Source of the DNA: an uncultured virus (IMG/VR IMGVR_UViG_3300020050_008348)
Lineage: Duplodnaviria > Heunggongvirae > Uroviricota > Caudoviricetes
Length of the DNA: 64,000 bases
Reading direction: 5' to 3' (one strand)
IMG/VR virus record: IMGVR_UViG_3300020050_008348
Part shown: positions 1 through 10,167 of the stretch, piece by piece
Numbering within the stretch: the first letter of the stretch is position 1
Layout: the number at the start of each line of letters is the position of its first letter
Translations under genes and position numbers: made by a program
Notes under the pieces: model-generated
What the model saw: the letters and a program-made list of their open reading frames with translations, nothing else
The model's database searches: none
Told to the model about the DNA's origin: nothing

Positions 1-128
1 CTGCGCTCTAGCCAGCCTATCAGCCTATCCCAAACAGTGCCGCGCTTTGCGCGGTAGCAAATGATTTTCATCGCGAAGCCTCGTGCCCCATCTCTTCAAA
101 ATAAGCTGATAATTTGAATTGGCCCATA

Positions 129-530
129 TCAGTTTTCTAATAGCCTCAAACCCAGCCGATCCATCGCCGCAAAAGGGTCTTGCGCGGTCACATCGAGCGC
201 AGCAAACAGGCCACCCACGGTAGCCAAATCCACTGCCACGCCAGCATCCGCTGCAAGCTGCACGACTGCCGCAAGGTCGCCAGCGCTGCGCTCGACCGTG
301 GTCACTTCATCAACCGTCGTGATGGTGGATAGTGGCAAGATTGCCGCGAACTTGGCCTCGACCGCGCCGCTGCTGATGTAGTGCGTTGCAGGCGCTTCGC
401 CCGTAGCTGATAGGCCAGTGATAAACATGCCCGCGCCAGCCTCACCAGCCGCCGCTGTGCATAGGGCTTGCGCAAGTGCTTGGGCAGCGGCTGGCAGGAT
501 GATGGTTAAGTTGGTGTAAATACTTGTCAT
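129..530 (-). CDS. Phage hypothetical protein (Ala-rich, probably tail-associated)
   Basis: 133-aa ORF whose start overlaps the stop of the upstream 270-aa gene. Confidence 0.6.
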   Translation of the reverse strand: MTSIYTNLTIILPAAAQALAQALCTAAAGEAGAGMFITGLSATGEAPATHYISSGAVEAKFAAILPLSTITTVDEVTTVERSAGDLAAVVQLAADAGVAVDLATVGGLFAALDVTAQDPFAAMDRLGLRLLEN

Positions 531-1339
531 AACATTCCTGCTTTCTGCATTTGGTAAGTGCGGATAACCCCGCGCTCATAAGCACTTGGCGGTGGGCCAG
601 CGCGGTAGATTGGTTCGGTGATTTGGCCGTTGAAATGCTCAACGGCTCCAGTGTTGTATAAATTGATTGTTGCAGGTCCAGTAGGCATCATTGGTTTGAC
701 GAAACTTTGCACAACCCCACCCTTCACCTGCATATAAATATTTGTTACATCATCCCAAACTGCGCAATGCGCCAGCTCGCCGTTTACGATAGTTTCAGCG
801 CTAGTAAATGCCTGAAAAGACGACCCGTTCCCAACATAAACTACAAATTTGTTTTGTGGTGATATAGTGACAGAAAGCCCACTCTTAAGACCAAAAACAC
901 TGTTGTAAAAAAGTGTTCGACTGCCGCCGCCCATAGGCCGAATCACATCCGAATAGTAAAACCCAGTCGTTGAGCCGCCGCCGCCACAGGTGTAGGAGTC
1001 GTCTGTGCCGTCGAGCTGCAAATAATAGGGGCGCGTCGGCGGCGAAACCACTGCTGCGCTCACCTTGCCCCGCGCCGTGCTAGTGGGCTGCGAAGCGTGA
1101 TTACCACGCCCACTTCTATCCAGCACACGGCCAACAGGCTGTTCAAGCGCCGTGTAGGGTAGAGTGCCAGCGCTGTCTTGGGTAAGCGACGCGAAGTCGG
1201 TGAAGGGCAGCCAGAAGCCTTGCTGGCCTTGGGCGAAAAGGCTTTGGATGATTTGCGCTGGCGAGCGCTGACCGCCTTCGCCCATAGCCGTGACCATAGG
1301 CCTGACAATAGGCCGAACCATAGGGGTGATGATGCTCAT
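527..1339 (-). CDS. Putative tail/virion protein with a concanavalin/LamG-like beta-sandwich
   Basis: 'QPVGRVLDRSGRGNHASQ' and 'LQLDGTDD' motifs typical of phage LamG-like tail proteins. Confidence 0.55.
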   Translation of the reverse strand: MSIITPMVRPIVRPMVTAMGEGGQRSPAQIIQSLFAQGQQGFWLPFTDFASLTQDSAGTLPYTALEQPVGRVLDRSGRGNHASQPTSTARGKVSAAVVSPPTRPYYLQLDGTDDSYTCGGGGSTTGFYYSDVIRPMGGGSRTLFYNSVFGLKSGLSVTISPQNKFVVYVGNGSSFQAFTSAETIVNGELAHCAVWDDVTNIYMQVKGGVVQSFVKPMMPTGPATINLYNTGAVEHFNGQITEPIYRAGPPPSAYERGVIRTYQMQKAGML

Positions 1340-1620
1340 GCGCGCTCTACGCCAAGTGCGACTCTAGTATTTGATTGTCGCTTAACACGGAAAGTTACAG
1401 GGCCTGCAAATTGAATGGCAGGGTTTTCTGGAAAAACAAGATAAGAAACAGTCGTCCAGCTAGAGTTGGAGTTTTGAAATTGCACTTCAATTCTTATCTT
1501 GTCATACGGAATTTCATTATCAAGCTCCCGCAAGAAAAGCGCGGCATTCTGTCCATCCGACAAGGTTATGGGGGCTGATGTGGCTGCCGTAAAACCTGGC
1601 GCTAAAATTGTTGTTGCCAT
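1336..1620 (-). CDS. Phage hypothetical protein
   Basis: 94-aa ORF in operon, coupled to the downstream gene. Confidence 0.6.
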   Translation of the reverse strand: MATTILAPGFTAATSAPITLSDGQNAALFLRELDNEIPYDKIRIEVQFQNSNSSWTTVSYLVFPENPAIQFAGPVTFRVKRQSNTRVALGVERA

Positions 1621-1629
1621 GTTAATGCC

Positions 1630-2106
1630 TTAATTGGTTGATAATTTTTCGCAGGCCGCGCCTGCAATTTTCACTTCGTCAGCGTGTCGGCTGATTCGTT
1701 CACCAGCTTCGCCCATCCTGCCGAGCAAGTCGGCAAGCACTCCAATGGGATCGGAATCTGGCTCACCTTGGCCTGCGCTGGCAGTGGTATTGGCGTGCTT
1801 AGCACGATAATCGGCGAGCGATTGCCGCAGCTTGCGAGTAGCAGCAGTGGCAGCATCAGCATCAGCGCGGGCTTGGTGTGTCTGTTCATTCGCATAGTTG
1901 AGCACCCTTTGCATTTTGTTAATCTCGGCCGTTTGGGTTTCCAGCACAGCATTAGCGATAGCCGCTTCACGCTCTATGCGCTGGCCTTCCATCTTTGCGA
2001 TTTTGTGGCGATAGTGGCTACCAGTTGCCCCCGCGCCTATGGTCAGACCAATGGCGAAAGCGACGGCGGCTGCAAGTGCGGTAAGTTTCATTTGGTACCC
2101 TTGCAC
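1630..2106 (-). CDS. Rz: Rz-like inner-membrane spanin
   Basis: N-terminal TM helix followed by an Ala-rich coiled coil, C-terminal Cys (AGAACE); directly downstream of the endolysin. Confidence 0.8.
   Translation of the reverse strand: MQGYQMKLTALAAAVAFAIGLTIGAGATGSHYRHKIAKMEGQRIEREAAIANAVLETQTAEINKMQRVLNYANEQTHQARADADAATAATRKLRQSLADYRAKHANTTASAGQGEPDSDPIGVLADLLGRMGEAGERISRHADEVKIAGAACEKLSTN
1671..1895 (-). CDS. Rz1: Rz1-like outer-membrane lipoprotein spanin embedded in Rz
   Basis: Alternative frame inside Rz; signal peptide with lipobox LLASC, then a Pro-rich mature part; probable ATG at 1895 or 1889. Confidence 0.75.
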   Translation of the reverse strand: MRMNRHTKPALMLMLPLLLLASCGNRSPIIVLSTPIPLPAQAKVSQIPIPLECLPTCSAGWAKLVNESADTLTK

Positions 2107-2549
2107 TGCTCGTACTCAGCCTGACGGCGTTTAGTCAAACCTGCCAGTGGCTTGCCATTGAATTTATCCCACATTAACACCTGCTGGCAAGCGCCAGCGT
2201 AATCGCCAGCGTTGAGTTTTTTCACCAGCGTAGAGCCGCAAAACGCCTTTGAGCCAATGTTGTAGCTCAGGCTGATATAGGCATCATACTCGTACTGGTG
2301 TAGTGGCACTTTTACGCATTGCTTCAACGCGCCCTCGAATCTCTGCACATCCACCAGCGCACGGGCTACGGCCTGGGGGGGCTTAATCGTGTCGCCTGCC
2401 TTCACCCCGCCAGTGGTGCCAAAGCCTATGGTAGGCACATCGCCCTTCACAGGCGTGTAGGCTTTATCGCTGTAGCCCTCGTGGAGCAAGATGCCGACAA
2501 GGGCACTGGCGCTAAGGGTCAGGCTAAGAACTGTGCGGCGCTCAATCAT
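2088..2549 (-). CDS. Phage lysozyme (GH24, probable SAR endolysin)
   Basis: Hydrophobic N-terminus followed by HEG...D.PTIGFG.T catalytic region, 'YNIG' and 'GLTKRR..E'. Confidence 0.92.
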   Translation of the reverse strand: MIERRTVLSLTLSASALVGILLHEGYSDKAYTPVKGDVPTIGFGTTGGVKAGDTIKPPQAVARALVDVQRFEGALKQCVKVPLHQYEYDAYISLSYNIGSKAFCGSTLVKKLNAGDYAGACQQVLMWDKFNGKPLAGLTKRRQAEYEQCKGTK

Positions 2550-2871
2550 TGCAGCCTCCCATCGAGTCGAGTACGGGCAGCTCTAACATGGGCAGCTTGC
2601 CTGTACGCGCATACTCGGACATGGCCGCTTTATGGCGCTCATGCTCATGGCGCTCACGCGCTCTAAGCGCCCGCATCCGCTCTTTGCGCTCTGTATGGGC
2701 TTGGTATTTGTCCCAAATCTGCACACACAAGCCACCAACACCAACAATGACCCCGATTACTAGCGCCCAATCATTGGCAGTAATGCCGCCATAAATAGCC
2801 AACCCACTGCCCGTCAAAGTAGAACCTAAGCCTTTGGCAGTTACTGCCACATTTACTGCTTCCGTTTTCAC
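2542..2871 (-). CDS. Holin
   Basis: Small protein with hydrophobic segments and a charged C-terminus, immediately upstream of the lysozyme. Confidence 0.75.
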   Translation of the reverse strand: MKTEAVNVAVTAKGLGSTLTGSGLAIYGGITANDWALVIGVIVGVGGLCVQIWDKYQAHTERKERMRALRARERHEHERHKAAMSEYARTGKLPMLELPVLDSMGGCND

Positions 2872-3788
2872 GCAGCACCTCCTTCTAAAGCCTGAATCCG
2901 CGCATCTAGCGCCGCCAGCAACGCACCTTGGCGTTTTACCGCATTCAGCAGTGCAGGAACAACGCGGCTGTACTGCACACCAACAGGCTTGAGCGGGCTG
3001 TCTAGGTCAGGCACAGTTTTGGGCGGCAAGCCGGGCGGCTGCTGCACTTCTTTTGTGCTGTGCCCCCAATGCACCAGGCGAGGGTCTATGGTGGCGGTGT
3101 GTTCTGCTGACAGACCCCAGAAGCTCCACTCTTTGTTGTCGCGCTCGCACTTCGAGCGGTAGTAAATCGGCACTGCGCCCTGCACGATTGCATCTGCGTA
3201 GCTGTCTTGCATCGGCTCAATTTCGCGCTTCCACTCTTCAGTGGAGACTTCGCGGCTGAAAGTGCCATCGGCGTTTATCACCGCATCAGCGGCGGTTGCG
3301 GTGGTGCCGGCGTACCAATTCATCACATCGGTTGGCGCAATGGTAAAAGACAAATCACCCCATACGCCAGCTTCATACCTGCGCAGCCCAATCTTGCCAA
3401 CAAGTGGAACTGATATTAGCTGTGAAACAACGCCCCCATTTGCCGAAACGAGCATGGTTGCGCCAGCAAAAGCGCCATTCAACGCATCCTCTTTGACTAT
3501 GTACCCACCAACTGCGAAGGTCGTGTCAATGTCCAACGCATCCTCAATCTCAATCAAATCATCCAGCACCTTGCCTTGCTTGTCGGTGATGCTTTCCATA
3601 GGCTGTGTGCCAGTGTGATTTGCGCGGTCGAAAGCATCCCCACTGATGTTTTGCGGGTCATAAACCGATGCCTGCATATCGCCAGAACCGCCACCGCCGA
3701 AAGTATTTGGCGATATAAAAACAGTGCCTTGGCGCGAGGCGTTCTCAACGATAATTGTGTTGTTCATTTCAACGACTACAGTAGTCAT
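2868..3788 (-). CDS. Tail fibre-related protein with a C-terminal intramolecular chaperone (S74-like) domain
   Basis: 'RANHTGTQ' motif; C-terminal S...KREIEP...G..AE...VQY..VVPALLNAVK followed by a coiled coil. Confidence 0.7.
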   Translation of the reverse strand: MTTVVVEMNNTIIVENASRQGTVFISPNTFGGGGSGDMQASVYDPQNISGDAFDRANHTGTQPMESITDKQGKVLDDLIEIEDALDIDTTFAVGGYIVKEDALNGAFAGATMLVSANGGVVSQLISVPLVGKIGLRRYEAGVWGDLSFTIAPTDVMNWYAGTTATAADAVINADGTFSREVSTEEWKREIEPMQDSYADAIVQGAVPIYYRSKCERDNKEWSFWGLSAEHTATIDPRLVHWGHSTKEVQQPPGLPPKTVPDLDSPLKPVGVQYSRVVPALLNAVKRQGALLAALDARIQALEGGAA

Positions 3789-3961
3789 ACCACCACCGCC
3801 GGGCTAAAGGTAAACTCGACTTCATATTGCCTATTCACTTCCCCGCTTGGGCGAGTGACTTCAATATGCCCAATAGCGCGGTCAAAGTCTAACAAGTCAG
3901 TCATGGCAGCAGACAGTGAAACCGTCAGTTCGTTGTCTTGAAAGAAGATGCTCCCATCCAA
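3785..3961 (-). CDS. 3' end of a truncated phage tail/baseplate-type gene
   Basis: Frame reads LDGSIFFQDNELTVSLSAAMTDLLDFDRAIGHIEVTRPSGEVNRQYEVEFTFSPAVVV*; its stop overlaps the ATG at 3788, and it meets a stop codon at the composition junction. Confidence 0.6.
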   Translation of the reverse strand: MDGSIFFQDNELTVSLSAAMTDLLDFDRAIGHIEVTRPSGEVNRQYEVEFTFSPAVVV

Positions 3962-6900
3962 TACTTAAACCGACAGAAGATGGTGTATCATTAGCTGATA
4001 AAGTGAAATCATACAGAGGTGTCATTACAGAAGAACAAGTAGTTGAACAATTAAAGAATGATGGTTATTGGAATGCTATTAGTGAAAAACTAAATGATGA
4101 AATATTATTATTAGTAGTAGCTAAGAAAGATTCGTGGACTAAAAGTGGTATCGCTGAAAAAGGTATAGATGCTGGTTACAAACATCGTTTCAGAGAAGGT
4201 GATACTATTGACTTAATCGCAAGAGATTTTGTAATTGGTAACATAGTAGCTAACGCTAATCACTTTATGATGTTTATTGGTGACCCTGCTCAATACTATA
4301 AGAAAGGTGATACATTTGAACAAATTAGTGAAAAAACATTTACTAATATAGGTAAACGTTTAGCTAATCAGATAGCCCCGGGAATTGATATACCTAATAA
4401 ATATAACAATCAATACAGTCATATATTTTTAGCTGACCCTCGTAGTTACGCAGAGAATCTTAGCTATTTAACAAAGGTGCTTGATGGTAAAGTATTTGAT
4501 AAGGTTGCTTTCTCTAAATTTAGTGGGAAACAATTGAACGAGTGGATTAATGAAGAATATCCAAATACAGCACCATATTTCAATATAGATAGTGCTGATG
4601 CACAAGAGTTTGTTACATGGAAAGAACACATGTATTTAGTACGTCAATTAGGTAAAGTACCAGATTCAGATTGGGATTTCAAGGAAGATGAACTGAACGA
4701 ACTTGATAAATTAATAGAATCTAATATAGCATTTGAAGATTTTAATGCTAAACAAAAAGAACTATTAGGTAAAGTAATGCAACCTATGAAACCTGTATAT
4801 ACTAATATGTATAAACATGGTGACGTAATGCGTGTACAGTATATCAAAAGTTCAGCAGTACCACTTATTCCACAATTTACTAACGGTTTAGAGATAGACA
4901 AATTACGTGAATTTATGGAAAAAGTAGAGAAGAAAGGTAAACGTACAGTACGTGCATCTTATTCAACTGCTAATAAAGTAGGTGATGTAGTTGCTCCATT
5001 AGATATATGGAATAAAGATGAAGCTGGTTACTCACTTGGTACAATCAGAGACGATTTGAATGATTCTGATATTGAACAGATGTTCAACAGTCAAATACTT
5101 ACACTTAGTCGTAAAGGATTCAGAATACAACAAGCTATACCATTTAAGACAGGTAAAAAAAGTAAAGACCAAATCAGTATGGGTACACAAGCAACTAAAA
5201 CATTGTTTGCAGATATTCGTGGTATTGGTGGATTTACATTAAATGGTTCAGAACCTATGACTGGTTTTGAATTAGAACAAGTGTATAATGATACTTACAA
5301 GCAGTTATATAAAGAACTTCGTAGTAACTTCTTGAATGAGATTGGTGTAGATGGTGATATGGTAATACGTGATAAAGCTAAATTCTTTGAAGCATTACAA
5401 GAAGTATTACGTGATGAAGCATTAGCACGTAATTATGGATTAGCTGATATAGAAGCGTTAGATTTAATCAAAGATGCTAATGGTAAAGCTACTGGATTTA
5501 AAGTACCACTATGGTTATCTAACAGTTCAGAAAGATATGAAAATCTTATTAATGCTATTATTAATAGTCGTATCGTTAAAGTTAAATTCTCTGGATATAG
5601 TTATGTTGTAGCATCAGAAGAAGGTGTAAAAATACAGTATATTAATGATATGCCAGCATCTAATAAAGTTATATGGACGTCTAAATGGACTGGTAATCTT
5701 AAAGCTAATCAAATACTTGTACCATCTAAATTCAGAGATAATAGAGGTAATATAGTTGACTTATTTGAAGGGTTTAATGAATCTACTAAAGAAGGTAAAT
5801 ATGTAACACATGATGATATGGGTTATCATTTGAAAGAAGATATGTTTGACGAGAAATTGTTAAAGATGTTTACTTTCCGTATTCCTACATCTGGTAAAAT
5901 GTCTATGTCAAGTGTTGAAATAGCAGGATTCATACCGTATGAAATGGGTGATGTTATGTATGGTTCTAAGAACTTGACTAAACAAAAAGGTCTTGACTAT
6001 GACGTAGATAAAGAAAATGGTTATTCGTATGGACATAAAATGTCAAATGGTAAATTTGTACTTGATAATTCAGATAAGATTAAAGCACTAAAGAATACTA
6101 TTATTGACATACATCATGCTGTATTAGCTAATCAACAAGTAGCTAAAAGTAACTTTCAACCATTAGGATTTGAAGTTGCTGCTGAATCTGCATCGTTTAT
6201 TGAGAAGAATAGAGTTAAAACTAATCGTACATTTATACCATTAAGCGACCAATATCAAAAAGAAAAGTTAATTAGTGGTTCTGCTGGTAAAATGCAAACA
6301 GGTATTTCATCATTAGCTGTTACATTTCACGCACAAGTACAAAGATTAAAACATGTAAAATATACAGACACTAAAGGTGTAGAACGTACAAGTGAAATTA
6401 AACCATATTACATTGTAGTTGATGAAAATGGTTTACCTAATTATGTACCAGCTACTATTACATTTGGTAATACAAGTAGTAACTTACAATTAGGTAATGA
6501 TAAAACTATTGACGGTCGTAGAACAATCAGTGAAGTATTATCTGAATGGCAAAACTTTTCAGTAGATAATGAGAAAGAACAGATACTTGCTAAAATTAAT
6601 CTTAATGAAGTAACAAGTAGTGCTTATTCAGCTTTACTGTTGTTTGGTTATGACCTACAAGAATCTAAAAAATACTTTGATGGTATAGTTAGTAATCCAA
6701 ATAATTTACCAACTACTACACAACAAGGTAAACCTAAATTATTATCTATACCAAATACATTTTTATCTCAACCTGTACTTGTAGAATATGTTAAAGCTAT
6801 TAGAGATAAAGATTCTATTATTGCTACATATGTTAAAGATAAAGAACTTCAATCAGCACATGAAGCTCTACAAACTGTATTAGGTGATAAATATACTAAA

Positions 6901-9900
6901 GAAGTAGCAGATTATCTCAATAAGCATTGGGGTACAGACCATATTGTACCAGCTTTTGATGCAGCTATGACAGTAGATAACATGATGTCTTTAATTGATG
7001 GTACTTATTTACTTGATGATATATCTATACCAACTGTATATGCACTATTGACATTCCAACGTTTATCTAAAATAGGTCAATCATTTCAGAATATACAATC
7101 ACTCATTAATACAGATAGTAAAGGTATTAAAGGTACACTTGTAGAATCTGAAACTAAAATGGCTAAGATTAACGAGTTATTAGATAAGAATAACTATGTA
7201 TTTGGAAACTTAGTATTAACTAATGCTTCTAAATTATTAGTAGATTCATCTATTGGTCATGCTACCACATACGGTTTATATACAACATCATTATTTACAC
7301 AATCTTCTCAATTGTTTCCTATTGGTCAATTAGAAGGATTGTTTAGTGAAGTAGGTTCATTAATACAAAAACCTAATGAACGTACTGAAAAGATAGTGGA
7401 AAACAATAAGTTAATAACTAAAGAGTTCCGTAAGTTTATTAACAGTCAAATACTATATAAAATATTTGGTGCTAATAAAGATTCAGTATATCCAGATATT
7501 GCTACACTACGTCACGAGTTGTTTACAACAATTAAAGATAGTAAAGGTGTAATACTTAAAGATTCATTAGCAAGTTATTTACAAAGAATAGTTAAGAATG
7601 GTTATAGTAATAGTCTATTAAACTCTCTATCAACTGATTTAACTAATCCAGATTACTCTTTAATCAAATATAATAATACAGGTGATGCTAATAATGATGA
7701 AGTACGTTTATATAATGCACTAAATCAAATGATTATTGACAAAACACCATTAGAAGATTTTAATGGTACATCATTTACAAGTAAAGACCTTGCAGAAGCG
7801 TTAATACAGTATTCATTCTTGAATGGTAACGTACAAGAAGCTATTGAATTTACTAAGTTTATTCCTATTAGTTACTTAGAAGCAATTGGTGTTAATCAAG
7901 CATTACGTGATTTAGATATTCGTGAAGTATTCACACCAAGAGAATTTATGGTAAGTGAATTTACTACACAATTTGTACAACATCATCCAGAATTAGTAAA
8001 AGATAGATTAAGTAGTAAAGAGTTATTAGCTAAAGGAACAGATAAATTCTTTCAAGATAATGGTGTATTTAAAGGTGTAAATGTCAATACATTAGAATCA
8101 TTTAGATTACCAATTATAGATGATGCACCAATCAGACACTTTATAGTTACTAAGTCTGCTGGTAGTAAACGTCAATGGAACATCTTTAAATTAGATGTGG
8201 CTACTGGTACATATAATCGTATTAGTAATTTAGGTGTATTTGGTATGACCGAATATCAAGCTGATGTAGCTAATGCTCAATCTGTAATACCTTCATTTAA
8301 CAATTTTAAAACAACACAAGTACAAGAAGTACAGGCTGATATAGTATCTGCCAAAACTAAAGAAGAATATAGTACAATTGATAAAGCGTTAAATAAGATT
8401 ATAGCTGATGATTCCCCACTATCAACAATAGCAGCAGAACTCATTGGTAAATCACAATTCTCTATACAATTCGTATCTGATGAAATTGCTAATAAAGGTG
8501 GTTACAATGGTATATCTGATTGGAATACTAAGACTATCTATGTACGTGAATCATTAACAGATTCTCCTAAATTACCATCAATATTAATAGAAGAAATTAT
8601 ACATTCTATTAGCCAATATGCTATTGCTCAAACATTCAATCCTACTACTGCTGAACAACGTGCTGTATTAACACCTATTCAAGCACAAGTAAAAGGTTTA
8701 TACAAACGTACAATAGAGGAATTGGAGAAAATATACGGTATTGGTAAAGTAAATGAGTTCAGACAGTTGTTTGCTAAATTAGGTGCATTACCACAACCAC
8801 AACAATTATGGGGTGAGAATACTGAATTTACACAAGATGATGTTACTGTATTATATAGCTTACACGATGTTAATGAATTTGTAGGTAGAACATTAAGTCA
8901 TATACCTACTATGAAAAAATTAGCTACTATTAAGTTTACAAGAAATCAAACATTACTTGAAAGACTTGCTGATATAGTAGTTAACGCACTTAAAGCATTA
9001 GGTATAGTTACTAAAGATTCATTACTTGAAGAAGTAATGCGTACTAACTTAGCTTATCTACGTGAGATTACAGGTGAAACTAACTATACACCATTACCGT
9101 TTAATTTCAATAATGCAGCATCTATTGATGAAATAGTATCTGGTCAAAAGACATCTACTACACGTAAAGTTAATGAAACAGGATTACAAGTAGGTGAATC
9201 AGCTATTCAAACAATTGGTACAGAACAAGTACGTGTAATTTATCACGGTGAGTTAACTGCTGATGAAGCTGGTAAGGTATTGGGTAAATCATTAAGTGCG
9301 GAACGTAATCAAGTTATTAAATCAGATATGCAAGATTATCTAAATGGTGTAGGTACACGTCATGTATTTGGATTACAGTTGATTAATCCTGTAAGTTTGG
9401 TGAATAGTTTTAAGCGTGATATAGTACAGATTGATAATGAAGTAGAACTATTATCTAAACTGAGTGTAACTAATGATATGCCAAAAGGATATGCTTTTGT
9501 ACATGATGGTGATTTAGATAAAACAATGAGTAAATTATTAAATTTTAAAGAAGAACGAAAAAGTAATCGTTATTATTTAGAAGCCGTCAATCGTTTAATA
9601 GATGTTACTGAACGATTAATTAAATTACGAAATACACCAAGCTCCACATTTACTTCTAATAGTGGGAAACCACCTATGTTCAACAATCATCCAGTAGTAT
9701 TTGTTGATGATTTAACAAATGACCAACAAGTATCAGTAGTATTAAAGAATGGTACACTAAGTATTAATGAAGGTATATTACGTAAGAACTTCCGTGAACA
9801 ATCATATGCTCAACCAAAAGAGTATGTAAGTAAGACAGGTGTACGTTCAGTATCAAATGCTTTAGATATTAATGATATACAAAGTGTAGATGAATACTTT

Positions 9901-10167
9901 GTGTTTATTGCAAATATGTTAACAAGTGGATTAACACAAACAGCTAATGAAACAAGAGGTGAGTTTGAGAATAGAAGTAATCAATATGCACTTGAACAGT
10001 TAGTAGGTTGGAGAAATGGGTTAAGTAATGTAAAAGTAGAATCTTTCCAACCTGTATCAGTTGACTTGTCCACAGATATTCGTACCTTTCGGAATAATTT
10101 AAATGAACAAGATAAACAATTATTTCTAACTCTCCAAAAGGAGAATTTAATTTCAGTCAAATGTTAA
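3958..10167 (+). CDS. Virion-packaged RNA polymerase (crAss-like), 5'-truncated at the junction; C-terminal zincin-like and ASCH-like regions
   Basis: 'FRIPT' and catalytic 'GLDYDVDK' (5995-6009), 'DAQEF' and 'QPMKPVY' motifs; >2000 aa. The ORF-track start at 3916 lies in the foreign segment. Confidence 0.88.
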   Translation, partial: PILKPTEDGVSLADKVKSYRGVITEEQVVEQLKNDGYWNAISEKLNDEILLLVVAKKDSWTKSGIAEKGIDAGYKHRFREGDTIDLIARDFVIGNIVANANHFMMFIGDPAQYYKKGDTFEQISEKTFTNIGKRLANQIAPGIDIPNKYNNQYSHIFLADPRSYAENLSYLTKVLDGKVFDKVAFSKFSGKQLNEWINEEYPNTAPYFNIDSADAQEFVTWKEHMYLVRQLGKVPDSDWDFKEDELNELDKLIESNIAFEDFNAKQKELLGKVMQPMKPVYTNMYKHGDVMRVQYIKSSAVPLIPQFTNGLEIDKLREFMEKVEKKGKRTVRASYSTANKVGDVVAPLDIWNKDEAGYSLGTIRDDLNDSDIEQMFNSQILTLSRKGFRIQQAIPFKTGKKSKDQISMGTQATKTLFADIRGIGGFTLNGSEPMTGFELEQVYNDTYKQLYKELRSNFLNEIGVDGDMVIRDKAKFFEALQEVLRDEALARNYGLADIEALDLIKDANGKATGFKVPLWLSNSSERYENLINAIINSRIVKVKFSGYSYVVASEEGVKIQYINDMPASNKVIWTSKWTGNLKANQILVPSKFRDNRGNIVDLFEGFNESTKEGKYVTHDDMGYHLKEDMFDEKLLKMFTFRIPTSGKMSMSSVEIAGFIPYEMGDVMYGSKNLTKQKGLDYDVDKENGYSYGHKMSNGKFVLDNSDKIKALKNTIIDIHHAVLANQQVAKSNFQPLGFEVAAESASFIEKNRVKTNRTFIPLSDQYQKEKLISGSAGKMQTGISSLAVTFHAQVQRLKHVKYTDTKGVERTSEIKPYYIVVDENGLPNYVPATITFGNTSSNLQLGNDKTIDGRRTISEVLSEWQNFSVDNEKEQILAKINLNEVTSSAYSALLLFGYDLQESKKYFDGIVSNPNNLPTTTQQGKPKLLSIPNTFLSQPVLVEYVKAIRDKDSIIATYVKDKELQSAHEALQTVLGDKYTKEVADYLNKHWGTDHIVPAFDAAMTVDNMMSLIDGTYLLDDISIPTVYALLTFQRLSKIGQSFQNIQSLINTDSKGIKGTLVESETKMAKINELLDKNNYVFGNLVLTNASKLLVDSSIGHATTYGLYTTSLFTQSSQLFPIGQLEGLFSEVGSLIQKPNERTEKIVENNKLITKEFRKFINSQILYKIFGANKDSVYPDIATLRHELFTTIKDSKGVILKDSLASYLQRIVKNGYSNSLLNSLSTDLTNPDYSLIKYNNTGDANNDEVRLYNALNQMIIDKTPLEDFNGTSFTSKDLAEALIQYSFLNGNVQEAIEFTKFIPISYLEAIGVNQALRDLDIREVFTPREFMVSEFTTQFVQHHPELVKDRLSSKELLAKGTDKFFQDNGVFKGVNVNTLESFRLPIIDDAPIRHFIVTKSAGSKRQWNIFKLDVATGTYNRISNLGVFGMTEYQADVANAQSVIPSFNNFKTTQVQEVQADIVSAKTKEEYSTIDKALNKIIADDSPLSTIAAELIGKSQFSIQFVSDEIANKGGYNGISDWNTKTIYVRESLTDSPKLPSILIEEIIHSISQYAIAQTFNPTTAEQRAVLTPIQAQVKGLYKRTIEELEKIYGIGKVNEFRQLFAKLGALPQPQQLWGENTEFTQDDVTVLYSLHDVNEFVGRTLSHIPTMKKLATIKFTRNQTLLERLADIVVNALKALGIVTKDSLLEEVMRTNLAYLREITGETNYTPLPFNFNNAASIDEIVSGQKTSTTRKVNETGLQVGESAIQTIGTEQVRVIYHGELTADEAGKVLGKSLSAERNQVIKSDMQDYLNGVGTRHVFGLQLINPVSLVNSFKRDIVQIDNEVELLSKLSVTNDMPKGYAFVHDGDLDKTMSKLLNFKEERKSNRYYLEAVNRLIDVTERLIKLRNTPSSTFTSNSGKPPMFNNHPVVFVDDLTNDQQVSVVLKNGTLSINEGILRKNFREQSYAQPKEYVSKTGVRSVSNALDINDIQSVDEYFVFIANMLTSGLTQTANETRGEFENRSNQYALEQLVGWRNGLSNVKVESFQPVSVDLSTDIRTFRNNLNEQDKQLFLTLQKENLISVKC

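Larger units (their letters stand above)
1..3960 (-). mobile_element. Fragment of a GC-rich tailed phage/prophage (tail and lysis module), proteobacterial type
   Basis: Co-oriented, tightly packed tail fibre, holin, lysozyme and Rz/Rz1 genes; base composition differs sharply from the rest of the window. Confidence 0.85.

Noticed and set aside
3916..3957. ORF-track start of the 2083-aa protein
   Set aside because: These codons belong to the GC-rich left segment, antisense to a tail gene; the real RNAP start is missing
1..3970. Prophage integration site or integrase at the junction
   Set aside because: No integrase, att-like direct repeat or host gene is visible; both sides are broken phage genes
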